41,904 bases of DNA. Source: a virus. The notes beneath the pieces were generated by a model. It searched no databases. It was not told the DNA's origin and was given only the letters and a program-made list of their open reading frames with translations. The first letter of the stretch is position 1. Each line of letters starts with the position of its first letter. The DNA is taken from the IMG/VR virus record IMGVR_UViG_3300045988_046732, one strand, 5' to 3'. The translations under genes and the position numbers were made by a program. Shown here piece after piece: positions 24,226 to 31,887 of this stretch.

Positions 24226-25728
24226 ATGCTCAAAATCGCCATTGATGCGGGCCACTACAAGAGGACGCCGGGTCGGCGGTGCTTAGCCGCCCTGGACCCC
24301 GCCCAGACGGGAGAGTGGGAGCTTAACCGCCGGGTGGCGGACAAGCTGGAGGCGCTGCTGGCGGGGTATGACTGCCAGGTCCTCCGGGTGGACGACAAGA
24401 CCGGGGACAGGCTGATCGACCTGGGAGACCGGGTGGCGGCGGCCAACGGCTGGCCCGCGGACGTATATCTGAGCATCCACCACAACGCAGGAATTCGCGG
24501 CGGCAGCGGGGGCGGCTGCGTGGTATACACGGCCCCCGCCTGTCAGGCCAAAAGTAAGGCCCTCCAGCGGGCCGTTTACGGGGCCGTGGTGAGCCGGACG
24601 GGGCTGGTGGGCAACCGGGCCACCCCCATGGCGGAGAGCGGCCTGTACGTGCTCCGGCGGACAAAAATGCCCGCTATTCTCATTGAGTGCGGCTTCATGG
24701 ACAGCTCCACAGACGTGCCGGTGATCCTGGGGCCGTACTTCGCGGCGCAGGTGGCCGAGGGGCTTCTGGCGGCGCTGGTGGAGGTATTTGAGCTGAGAGA
24801 GCGCAAGGAGGTGCGGGAGCGGATGAGCTATACCAAGAGGGGCGGGGCCCACATTGTGGAGGTGCCGGTCAAGGACTTTGGTGTCCGGCTGGTGGACAAG
24901 GCCAAAAAGACGGCGTACCGCGGCAACTACTGCAACGCCGGTTTTTTTGGCAACTACAACGAGGGCCGGGACAAGTTTACCCTCCCCGTGGGACACACGG
25001 TGGCGGCCATGGCGACGGACAACAAGTGGGTAAACCACTACTGCGCCCAGCGGGGCAAGGTGTCCGGCGGCAAGCTGGTCTATGCTGAGCCGGGACGGAC
25101 GGAGACCACCCTGTTTGTCCGGGGCAACCTGGCGGACATGGGGGAGCTGAGCGCACCCCCGGAGGGCTGCGCCTATGCCATTGCCGGCGTGCCCGTGCTG
25201 CGGCAGGGCAAGGCGGTGAGCTGGGCCGCCGCAAAGGCCCAGGGCTGGGAGGCGTCCTCTCTCTATGCCACATGGCACATCTTTGCCGGGTACGGACAGG
25301 ACCGGAGCAAGATCACGGTGGTAGCGCTGAGGACCACCACGGGCAACCTGATCTCCAGCGGCGAGGGGGCCAAAAAGCTGGCGGCCCTGGGGCTACGGGA
25401 GGCCATCAAGCTGGACGGGGGCGGCAGCACCATCCTCCGGGCGGGGGGCAAGACCCCCGTATGCACGGCGGGCAATCGGCGGATCTGCACAGTGCTGACC
25501 TTTGGGGGCAATCCGTACACCGCCCCCACCAAGGCGCTGGCCAAGGGCAACCGGGGCGAGGGCGTGCGGTGGCTCCAGTGGGAACTCAAAGACCGGGGCT
25601 TTCCCTGCGCCGTAGACGGCAGCTTTGGCCCGGGGACCAAGGAGGCCCTGATGGCCTATCAGGTGAGCGCGGGGCTGGTGCCGGACGGCAGCTGCGGCCC
25701 GGCGACGAGAAAGGCGCTGCAAGAATAA
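24226..25728 (+). CDS. Endolysin: N-acetylmuramoyl-L-alanine amidase (Amidase_3), central DUF2233/phosphodiester-glycosidase-like domain, C-terminal PG_binding_1
   Basis: IAIDAGH...YLSIHHNAG...AILIECGFMDS (amidase). NAGFFGNY...IKLDGGGST (central domain). GEGVRWLQWELKDRGF...VDGSFGPGTKEALMAYQ (PG-binding). Confidence 0.85.
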   Translation: MLKIAIDAGHYKRTPGRRCLAALDPAQTGEWELNRRVADKLEALLAGYDCQVLRVDDKTGDRLIDLGDRVAAANGWPADVYLSIHHNAGIRGGSGGGCVVYTAPACQAKSKALQRAVYGAVVSRTGLVGNRATPMAESGLYVLRRTKMPAILIECGFMDSSTDVPVILGPYFAAQVAEGLLAALVEVFELRERKEVRERMSYTKRGGAHIVEVPVKDFGVRLVDKAKKTAYRGNYCNAGFFGNYNEGRDKFTLPVGHTVAAMATDNKWVNHYCAQRGKVSGGKLVYAEPGRTETTLFVRGNLADMGELSAPPEGCAYAIAGVPVLRQGKAVSWAAAKAQGWEASSLYATWHIFAGYGQDRSKITVVALRTTTGNLISSGEGAKKLAALGLREAIKLDGGGSTILRAGGKTPVCTAGNRRICTVLTFGGNPYTAPTKALAKGNRGEGVRWLQWELKDRGFPCAVDGSFGPGTKEALMAYQVSAGLVPDGSCGPATRKALQE

Positions 25729-25760
25729 AAAGCGCATTTTAGCGCGGAAAGGAAAACGGC

Positions 25761-25781
25761 GGGATGTCTGCAACACTTCCC
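25761..25781 (+). repeat. Solitary hairpin with loop CTGCAAC (fifth member of the 33541-33669 family)
   Basis: Stem gggatgt/acttccc (6 of 7 pairs) around loop ctgcaac (25768-25774), about 40 nt upstream of ATG 25816. Confidence 0.6.
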
Positions 25782-25815
25782 CGCGCTTTAGCGTTCTGCA
25801 AGCCGCGGTGTCGGT

Positions 25816-26064
25816 ATGGACACTCAGCACAGGATGTTACGAGAGAATCTATCATCAATGGCCCCACAGCGTGCGATTTCTTATGTTCTGTCCTTCGATC
25901 TTCCTCCGGACGAGACTGCGTGCATCATCGAGTGCGATGTCCGGGGGAAATCCTGCGCGCAGGTAGGCTTTGAACTTAATTTATCGCCGGACACGATCAA
26001 GAAGTATCGCCGCAGGGCATATCATAAAATTGCAGACGGTCAAAGAGAGAGCATCGACTTTTAG
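25816..26064 (+). CDS. Sigma-70 region-4 / LuxR-like HTH small regulator
   Basis: ACIIECDVRGKSCAQVGFELNLSPDTIKKYRRRAYHKIAD resembles a region-4 HTH. The SD is weak. Confidence 0.55.
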   Translation: MDTQHRMLRENLSSMAPQRAISYVLSFDLPPDETACIIECDVRGKSCAQVGFELNLSPDTIKKYRRRAYHKIADGQRESIDF

Positions 26065-26079
26065 TCGGTGCTCTTTTTT
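26048..26079 (+). terminator. Rho-independent terminator
   Basis: 11-bp stem agagcatcgac/gtcggtgctct (one G:T), loop tttta, then a T-run. Confidence 0.8.
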
Positions 26080-26159
26080 GCTAGCACTTCCCTTACACTT
26101 TTCGGACGCTTTTAAGCGCCCGTTTTTTTGTATGATAAAAACAGAAAGAAGGTGTGGCG

Positions 26160-26300
26160 ATGTATGAGCGGCTTTTGGCCTGCGGCTATCCAGAAGATAT
26201 GGCTCGGGATATCATCGCACAGCACAGCAATCCAGCAGAATTAGAGCACTACGTTCGCTTTATTGAGTTGCTATACGATGACCGGAGGGAATATGTATAG
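26160..26300 (+). CDS. Small hypothetical protein (46 aa; absent from the ORF track), first gene of the cargo operon
   Basis: GAAGGTG SD. Hand translation: MYERLLACGYPEDMARDIIAQHSNPAELEHYVRFIELLYDDRREYV. Confidence 0.45.
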   Translation: MYERLLACGYPEDMARDIIAQHSNPAELEHYVRFIELLYDDRREYV

Positions 26301-26673
26301 TTTTTTCAACCCCAACCCCTGCGGGAAAAATGCAGGGGACTGCACCGTGCGGGCAATCGTAAAGGCTACGGGGATGGAGTGGGGCGAGATCTATTTAAGA
26401 CTCTGCATCCAAGGGTATCTAGACGGGGATATGCCGTCGGCTAACGCCTGTTGGGGGCGGTATCTCCGCAGCATCGGATACCGGCGGTACATCGTGCCTG
26501 ACACCTGCCCGGACTGCTACACGGTGGGACAATTTGCGGAGGACCACCCGGTAGGCACCTATATTTTAGCCCTGTCCGGCCATGTGGTCTGCGTCCGAGA
26601 CGGCGTGATCTGGGATAGCTGGGACAGCAGCAATGAGAACATATTGTATTACTGGGTCAAGGAGGATAACTAA
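26293..26673 (+). CDS. Conserved mobile-element protein with a papain/transglutaminase-like Cys-His-Asp signature (predicted)
   Basis: GGAGGG SD at ATG 26293. Signature residues lie in NPNPCGKNAGDCTVRAI...LSGHVVCVRDGVIWDSWDS. Confidence 0.55.
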   Translation: MYSFFNPNPCGKNAGDCTVRAIVKATGMEWGEIYLRLCIQGYLDGDMPSANACWGRYLRSIGYRRYIVPDTCPDCYTVGQFAEDHPVGTYILALSGHVVCVRDGVIWDSWDSSNENILYYWVKEDN

Positions 26674-26674
26674 A

Positions 26675-27103
26675 ATGGCGTACACACCTTACGGATGGCA
26701 GAATCCCTATTATGCACAGCCTATGCCGGATAACCTGGCGCAGCTCCGTCAACAGCAGATGCCGCCGATGATGGCACCGCAGACCCCGCAGAATCCGGTG
26801 GCGCAGAGCGGTGTGCAGTGGGTCAGCGGTGAGCAGGAAGCCCGAAACTGGATGATCGCGCCAAATGCCGCCGTGGCGTTGTGGGACAGCTCCGCGCCAA
26901 CGGTGTACCTCAAAAAGGCGGATGCCAGCGGTAAACCGTCGCTTACGATCTATGACCTTGTAGAACGCGCAGAAACGCCCCGTACAGCGCCCACGGCAGA
27001 CCAGGTGAAGTTTGTCACCCGGGAAGAATTTGACGCGCTGGCGGCGGTTGTGGACGGCATAAAGGGCAAAAAGAAGGTGAAGGAGGCTGACGCTGATGGC
27101 TAA
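26675..27103 (+). CDS. Hypothetical protein with a Q/P/M-rich N-terminus
   Basis: AAGGAGG SD. 142 aa. Confidence 0.6.
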   Translation: MAYTPYGWQNPYYAQPMPDNLAQLRQQQMPPMMAPQTPQNPVAQSGVQWVSGEQEARNWMIAPNAAVALWDSSAPTVYLKKADASGKPSLTIYDLVERAETPRTAPTADQVKFVTREEFDALAAVVDGIKGKKKVKEADADG

Positions 27104-27308
27104 CCCCTTTTTTGACGCTTTAGGCGGCGGGAACACGCCGGTAGGCCGGTTCCAACAGATGATGCAGCAGTTCAACCAGTTTCGGGCCTCATTTCAGGGA
27201 GACCCAAAGGCGGAAGTGGAAAAACTTTTGCAGTCCGGAAAAATGAGCCAGCGGCAGTTAAACCAGCTACAAGAAATGGCGAAGCAGTTTCAAGGGTTTA
27301 TAAAGTAA
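27096..27308 (+). CDS. Hypothetical Q-rich small protein
   Basis: GAAGGAGG SD. 70 aa. Confidence 0.55.
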   Translation: MANPFFDALGGGNTPVGRFQQMMQQFNQFRASFQGDPKAEVEKLLQSGKMSQRQLNQLQEMAKQFQGFIK

Positions 27309-27358
27309 TCAACATCGTGGCCACGATTTGATAATAAAAATCTGAAAGGAGTTTTTCT

Positions 27359-28090
27359 ATGTCTCTTTCCTCTGACGGCGCTCCCATGCTGACGATGCCT
27401 GTGGCCCCCACCAACGCTGGCAGCAATGGCGGTTTCGGCTGGGGCGACAACGGCGCTCTGTGGCTCATTGTCCTGTTCCTGTTCATTTTTGCAGGTGGTT
27501 GGGGTAATGGTTTTGGCAACAACGCTGGCAATTCCGGCGGCGTGGTCGACGGCTACGTGCTGACCTCTGATTTCGCTAATGTCGAGCGCAAGATCGAAAG
27601 TGTAAATCAGGGGCTTTGCGATGGATTTTACCAGCAGGCGCAGCTCATCAACAACACCAACATGGCAATGGCAAACGGCTTTGGACAGGCTGAGCTTTCC
27701 CGATCCAACCAGCAGGCCGCCCTGATGCAGCAGCTGAACGCCATGCAGATGCAGGCGGCCAACTGCTGCTGCGAGAACCGGGCCGCCATCGCCCAGGTGC
27801 GTTACGACATGGCGACGCAGGCGTGCGACACCCGGAACACGGTGAACACCGCCGCCCGGGACATCATCGACAACCAGAACCAGAACAGTCGGGCCATCCT
27901 GGACTTCCTGACCCAGAGCAAGCTGCAGGATCTCCAGAGCGAGAACCAGGGGCTGAAGCTGGCGGCGTCTCAGGCCGCCCAGAACAACTACCTGATCTCC
28001 CAGCTGCGGCCCACGCCCATTCCGGCCTATGCCAGCTGCAACCCCTGGGCGGGCGGAAGCTACACGGGATGCGGCACCTGCGGCTGCTGA
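27359..28090 (+). CDS. Membrane-anchored Gly-rich / Q,N-rich / Cys-rich protein of unknown function
   Basis: AAAGGAG SD. Contains GGFGWGDNGALWLIVLFLFIFAGGWGNGFGNN, an internal CCC and a C-terminal YTGCGTCGC. Confidence 0.7.
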   Translation: MSLSSDGAPMLTMPVAPTNAGSNGGFGWGDNGALWLIVLFLFIFAGGWGNGFGNNAGNSGGVVDGYVLTSDFANVERKIESVNQGLCDGFYQQAQLINNTNMAMANGFGQAELSRSNQQAALMQQLNAMQMQAANCCCENRAAIAQVRYDMATQACDTRNTVNTAARDIIDNQNQNSRAILDFLTQSKLQDLQSENQGLKLAASQAAQNNYLISQLRPTPIPAYASCNPWAGGSYTGCGTCGC

Positions 28091-28157
28091 CAACTGCATA
28101 GCATCAGCTGTTCGGGATTTCCGAACTGTTCAGCCCCGTGCTGATACTGGAACCATC

Positions 28158-28189
28158 GCGGCGGGGCAGTAGTCCCGCCGCTTATTTTA
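28158..28189 (+). terminator. Rho-independent terminator / attenuator
   Basis: 8-bp stem gcggcggg/cccgccgc followed by ttatttta. Confidence 0.65.
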
Positions 28190-28205
28190 TGAAAGGACTG
28201 ATTTT

Positions 28206-28628
28206 ATGGCAGAATACACCAACCCAGGAATTTTGACTGTAGCAGCCGGCCAGAACGTGCCCCTGACCTCCGCCGCGGTAAACAGCAAGCCGTGTATCGT
28301 TCACAGGGACGGGGCGGGGATCGTGACCCTGCGGGGGCTGACCAACCAGTGCAAGGCCCGCTTCCGGGTGAGCTTTGGGGGCAACATCGCCGTTCCCACC
28401 GGCGGGACGGTGGAGGCCATCACCGCCGCCCTGGCCATCAACGGGGAGCCGCTGAACAGCGCCACCGCCACTGTGACCCCTGCCGCTGTGGAGAACTACT
28501 TCAACATCTACGTCGGCGCCATTGTGGAGGTTCCCCGGGGCTGCTGCCTGACGGTGGCCATGGAGAACACCAGCACGCAGGCCATCAGTGTGGCAAACGC
28601 CAACATGACCGTGGACCGGATTAGCTGA
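28206..28628 (+). CDS. BclA C-terminal-domain-like (TNF/C1q-like jelly-roll) protein, no collagen region
   Basis: 140 aa. The alternating beta pattern and ending ...AISVANANMTVDRIS resemble exosporium BclA-type C-terminal domains (by eye). Confidence 0.5.
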   Translation: MAEYTNPGILTVAAGQNVPLTSAAVNSKPCIVHRDGAGIVTLRGLTNQCKARFRVSFGGNIAVPTGGTVEAITAALAINGEPLNSATATVTPAAVENYFNIYVGAIVEVPRGCCLTVAMENTSTQAISVANANMTVDRIS

Positions 28629-28642
28629 AAGGAGAATCATTT

Positions 28643-29008
28643 ATGGGTATGAGAACGTTATACAAGCTGAAAGACATGCTTTGTCAGGAGCTGGACGAGA
28701 TCGCCGACAAGGGCGACCTGGGGGCCGGTGATCTGGACATCGCCCACAAGCTGACGGACACAATCAAGAACATCGACAAGATTGAGGCGATGGACGAGCG
28801 GGGCTATTCTGGGCGCTATCTGGATGATGATTTGCGGAGCTACAATCGCGGCAGCTCCTACGCCCGCCGGCACTATGTCCGGGGGCATTACAGCCGCACG
28901 GACGCATCCGAGCATCTGCGTAGCCAGATCAACGATATGATGCGGGAGACCGACGATGACCGCATCAAGGACGCCTTGCGCCGCGCAATGGACATGATGG
29001 AGGACTAA
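28643..29008 (+). CDS. Hypothetical Tyr/Arg/Asp-rich protein
   Basis: AAAGGAG SD. 121 aa, including YSGRYLDDDLRSYNRGSSYARRHYVRGHYSR. Confidence 0.6.
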   Translation: MGMRTLYKLKDMLCQELDEIADKGDLGAGDLDIAHKLTDTIKNIDKIEAMDERGYSGRYLDDDLRSYNRGSSYARRHYVRGHYSRTDASEHLRSQINDMMRETDDDRIKDALRRAMDMMED

Positions 29009-29022
29009 GGGGGTAGGCCCCA

Positions 29023-29322
29023 ATGATTGACGAGCGAGAATTGGCGCTATGGATCAAGCGGTTGGAAACGGAAGAGTCCAGCTGGTCGAACTACGAAAAG
29101 CTGGCGGCGCTGTATACCATCCAAAACCAAAACCGGGAACCGGTGAGAGAAAGCCGCATTGTTGAGGCGTATTCTGCGGCTTCCGCGCCTGACAGTGATT
29201 TCCTCCGGGCTGTGGCAAGCATTGACCCCTCCCGCGCATGGGAGGTTATGGACGAGCTTATGGACAGTTTAAAGGTTGTGAATGAGCGCATTTATAACAA
29301 CGTTATGCGGAAACTCGAATAA
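29023..29322 (+). CDS. Hypothetical protein, last gene of the cargo operon
   Basis: AAGGGGG SD. 99 aa. Confidence 0.6.
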   Translation: MIDERELALWIKRLETEESSWSNYEKLAALYTIQNQNREPVRESRIVEAYSAASAPDSDFLRAVASIDPSRAWEVMDELMDSLKVVNERIYNNVMRKLE

Positions 29323-29323
29323 G

Positions 29324-29353
29324 ACACCCCCCGCCTTTTTAGGTGGGGGGTGT
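29324..29353. terminator. Hairpin between convergent genes (probable bidirectional terminator)
   Basis: 9-bp stem acacccccc/ggggggtgt. There is no clean T tail on either strand. Confidence 0.45.
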
Positions 29354-29399
29354 TAGGCATATTAGATGTTCAGTGTGGGGAATATAAAATAAGCCTAAC
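29352..29399. other. Candidate attP core for the serine integrase
   Basis: About 48 bp of imperfect dyad symmetry (gttaggcatatt ... aatataaaataagcctaac) abutting the integrase 3' end, at the boundary between cargo and lysogeny modules. Confidence 0.3.
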
Positions 29400-30696
29400 G
29401 AGGCAAAACAAAAAACGCGCCGTTATTATCTGCTTCGATCCGCTTTACTGTTCTGGTCCAGAATTCTTTTTTCATTTGCGGCGATAGGTTTGGATATTCC
29501 TCAATCTCTCTATGGAGTGCGTCACGGTCAAAATATTTCGGCTTTTGCGGTTCCATTTGCGATAGCTGTTGTTTTAAATCCTCATAATCTTTTCTATATT
29601 CGTCCAGCTCTATTAAATCAGCAAGGTATAGGTCTTTAAGTTTCGACATCTTTTTTCTGATTTTGTCCGCAGATAATGCGGGCTTTTTTTCTGCCTCATC
29701 GTATTGCCCGTGATATTTTGCGGCCATCTGCTCAATGCTGTTCAGCATGTAACTCTCCAGCACATCCTCTCGAACGCATTGGCGATGATCGCACTGTGCA
29801 TTCATCCTAAATTGTGTCCTGCACCGATAGTATTTATAACCCTTTACTGCGTTAGACTGCATTATTTGCCCGCATTCACGACAACGCAATATACCAGAAA
29901 ACAGATATACATTACCTTTCCTCGTGCCACAGCAGCGCTGGCTCCGCTGTTTCATGATTTCTCCGGCCAGCTCAAAGTCATGTGTGCTGATAAGCGCCGG
30001 GAATGCGTTTTCAATTCCATATACTTCTCCGATATATAGACGATTTGTTATTGCGTTTTTGTAATTGTTATATGCTCGATAAATACCCCAGGTGTCAAAC
30101 ATATATTGCCTGAGTGCGAGAGTGCTTTTTAGTTTGATATAAGCACTAAACATATCCACGGCAATCTCTGCTGTATTTTGGTCTATCTCATATCGTCCAT
30201 CCTTGATCGTTATTCCAAGGGGAGTTTTTGACCCGGAAGGTATTCCTTTTGCTTTCTTCCCTTCATTTATAAATTTAATCCGTTCACTTGTCCGGTCGGC
30301 TTCGTCCTGGGCGACGGACAGCATAATATTAACCTTTAACCGCCCGGACGCCGTCCGTGTTTCATAATCCTCTTTGGTGGCCTGCCAAGTCACGCCGTAC
30401 TTATCAAGCTGCGTTTGTACGTCGTAATATCCAGCGACATTTCTAAACCACCGATCCAATTTAATAAATAGGATGGTATCAATTTTCCCGCTCTTGCAAT
30501 CCTCCAGCAGCCTAAGCAGCGCCGGCCGCTTTTTATACGGCTTTCTGGCTGAGATCCCGGCATCCTCATAGATCCCGACAACCTCCATTTCATGCGCTTC
30601 TGCATATCGCTCCAGCGACTCTTTTTGCTCTGCAAGGGACAGGCCGTGTCGGGCCTGCTCCTCTGTTGACACGCGAATATATAATGCAGCCCTCAT
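29395..30696 (-). CDS. Large serine recombinase (integrase)
   Basis: MRAALYIRVSTEEQ (catalytic Ser), resolvase and recombinase domains, zinc ribbon CRECGQIM...YYRC and a C-terminal coiled coil. GGAGGAG SD at ATG 30696. Confidence 0.9.
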   Translation of the reverse strand: MRAALYIRVSTEEQARHGLSLAEQKESLERYAEAHEMEVVGIYEDAGISARKPYKKRPALLRLLEDCKSGKIDTILFIKLDRWFRNVAGYYDVQTQLDKYGVTWQATKEDYETRTASGRLKVNIMLSVAQDEADRTSERIKFINEGKKAKGIPSGSKTPLGITIKDGRYEIDQNTAEIAVDMFSAYIKLKSTLALRQYMFDTWGIYRAYNNYKNAITNRLYIGEVYGIENAFPALISTHDFELAGEIMKQRSQRCCGTRKGNVYLFSGILRCRECGQIMQSNAVKGYKYYRCRTQFRMNAQCDHRQCVREDVLESYMLNSIEQMAAKYHGQYDEAEKKPALSADKIRKKMSKLKDLYLADLIELDEYRKDYEDLKQQLSQMEPQKPKYFDRDALHREIEEYPNLSPQMKKEFWTRTVKRIEADNNGAFFVLPR

Positions 30697-30697
30697 C

Positions 30698-31111
30698 TTA
30701 TCTCCTCCAGAATCCATAGTTTAGACAGTTCATATCAATGTACACGCACCAGATGGAGAGAAACACGATGATGCAAAACATAATAAAAATAACGACGTTT
30801 CGGATGCGCACACCGCGACGCATGATTTCTATGGTGTCTGCCTTTGCGTCAACGTGCCGTTCCAATTCGTCGTTTCGAGCTTTCAATGTTCGTTCCGTTG
30901 GAGTCAAGTGTTCGGAGATCCCGAACACTTCGTCGAGAGATATCCCGAGGGATTTGCAGATCGGCGCTGCGGTATAAATAGAGGGGGCCTTGGACATCTT
31001 CGAGAAAAAGTTCTGAACCGTGGAAATTGGAACGCCGGATTCATCCGAGATTTCTTGATATGTGAGCTTCAGCGCATCTTTCCGGATTCTACACAACTCT
31101 TGTATGTTCAT
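30698..31111 (-). CDS. Membrane-anchored XRE-family HTH protein, adjacent to (one nucleotide upstream of) the integrase gene
   Basis: AGGAGG SD. HTH LTYQEISDESGVPISTVQNFFS, a coiled coil, and a C-terminal TM segment VVIFIMFCIIVFLSIWCVYI. Its stop lies 1 nt from the integrase start. Confidence 0.7.
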   Translation of the reverse strand: MNIQELCRIRKDALKLTYQEISDESGVPISTVQNFFSKMSKAPSIYTAAPICKSLGISLDEVFGISEHLTPTERTLKARNDELERHVDAKADTIEIMRRGVRIRNVVIFIMFCIIVFLSIWCVYIDMNCLNYGFWRR

Positions 31112-31251
31112 TGACGGCCTCCTAACTTTTCCGGCATTTGGGTGTCTCAATAGCAAGAACCAACCACCAGAAAATCTATGGTTTCGCAAGTTTTGGCGAT
31201 TGAAATTACAACGGGGTTTGGAGTACGGTTGTGTTACGCAATTTCTGGCCG

Positions 31252-31300
31252 AAAAAACGACAAAACGCCCACGCCGTTTGTTGCATGTAAGGCGTGGGCG
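31252..31300 (-). terminator. Rho-independent terminator on the minus strand, upstream of the HTH-integrase operon
   Basis: Perfect 10-bp stem cgcccacgcc/ggcgtgggcg. On the minus strand it is followed by ttttgtcgtttttt. Confidence 0.7.
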
Positions 31301-31448
31301 AACTATATTGATCTGCTGTATTCCACCGCGCCAACAAGACAGTATTTCGGAAACAGATTTTTTTGTTGTATGCTATATAACAACAAAATTCGATTACCGA
31401 GTATATATATAATAATCACACGCTGAGCCGAATCAGACGGAGGGAAGC

Positions 31449-31610
31449 ATGATGTTGTATGATGACGCAAAATTTGATACAATAAACAGAGAAGATACCG
31501 AAATGCTGCGCGAAAAGCTGATATGCGCTGCGCTGGCACTTTCGCGTGAAGCCAAGCTTGAGCTTCTGAAATTTATCGAGGGGAGAGAGAGCAATGAAAG
31601 AGGCCGATAA
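31449..31610 (+). CDS. Small hypothetical protein (53 aa; absent from the ORF track)
   Basis: GGAGGGAAGC SD. Hand translation: MMLYDDAKFDTINREDTEMLREKLICAALALSREAKLELLKFIEGRESNERGR. Confidence 0.45.
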   Translation: MMLYDDAKFDTINREDTEMLREKLICAALALSREAKLELLKFIEGRESNERGR

Positions 31611-31848
31611 AATGTGGTACATCGACCCAAAAATGGTTGATGCGGTAAATCGGTGCATGGATGTTATATCCGCCTGTGGGCTTTCCACTGACAGCGCGGA
31701 ATACCTTCCATTTTGCTTAGATCAGGCAATCAAGGCAAGCAATCAGATTTCCGCGCAAAAAATCCCGTTTCGAGCAACGCCAGTAAAAGTCGAAAATGAC
31801 AACGGGTGCTGCGACGTCAAGCCTTGGGAGTTATTATTTGTTCAATAG
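31594..31848 (+). CDS. Hypothetical protein (AT-rich island)
   Basis: 84-aa ORF overlapping the upstream small ORF. Confidence 0.5.
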   Translation: MKEADKMWYIDPKMVDAVNRCMDVISACGLSTDSAEYLPFCLDQAIKASNQISAQKIPFRATPVKVENDNGCCDVKPWELLFVQ

Positions 31849-31887
31849 CTGCCAACGCAATCCCTTTTGAGATTGTTTCGATCACCG

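Noticed and set aside
24930-24936. Additional CTGCAAC copies at 24930, 28036 and 40231 (plus strand), and the complement at about 8665
   Set aside because: All lie inside coding sequence, where they encode Cys-Asn (TGC AAC). They lack flanking inverted repeats and fit the chance expectation of 2-3 per strand. My manual scan may not be exhaustive.
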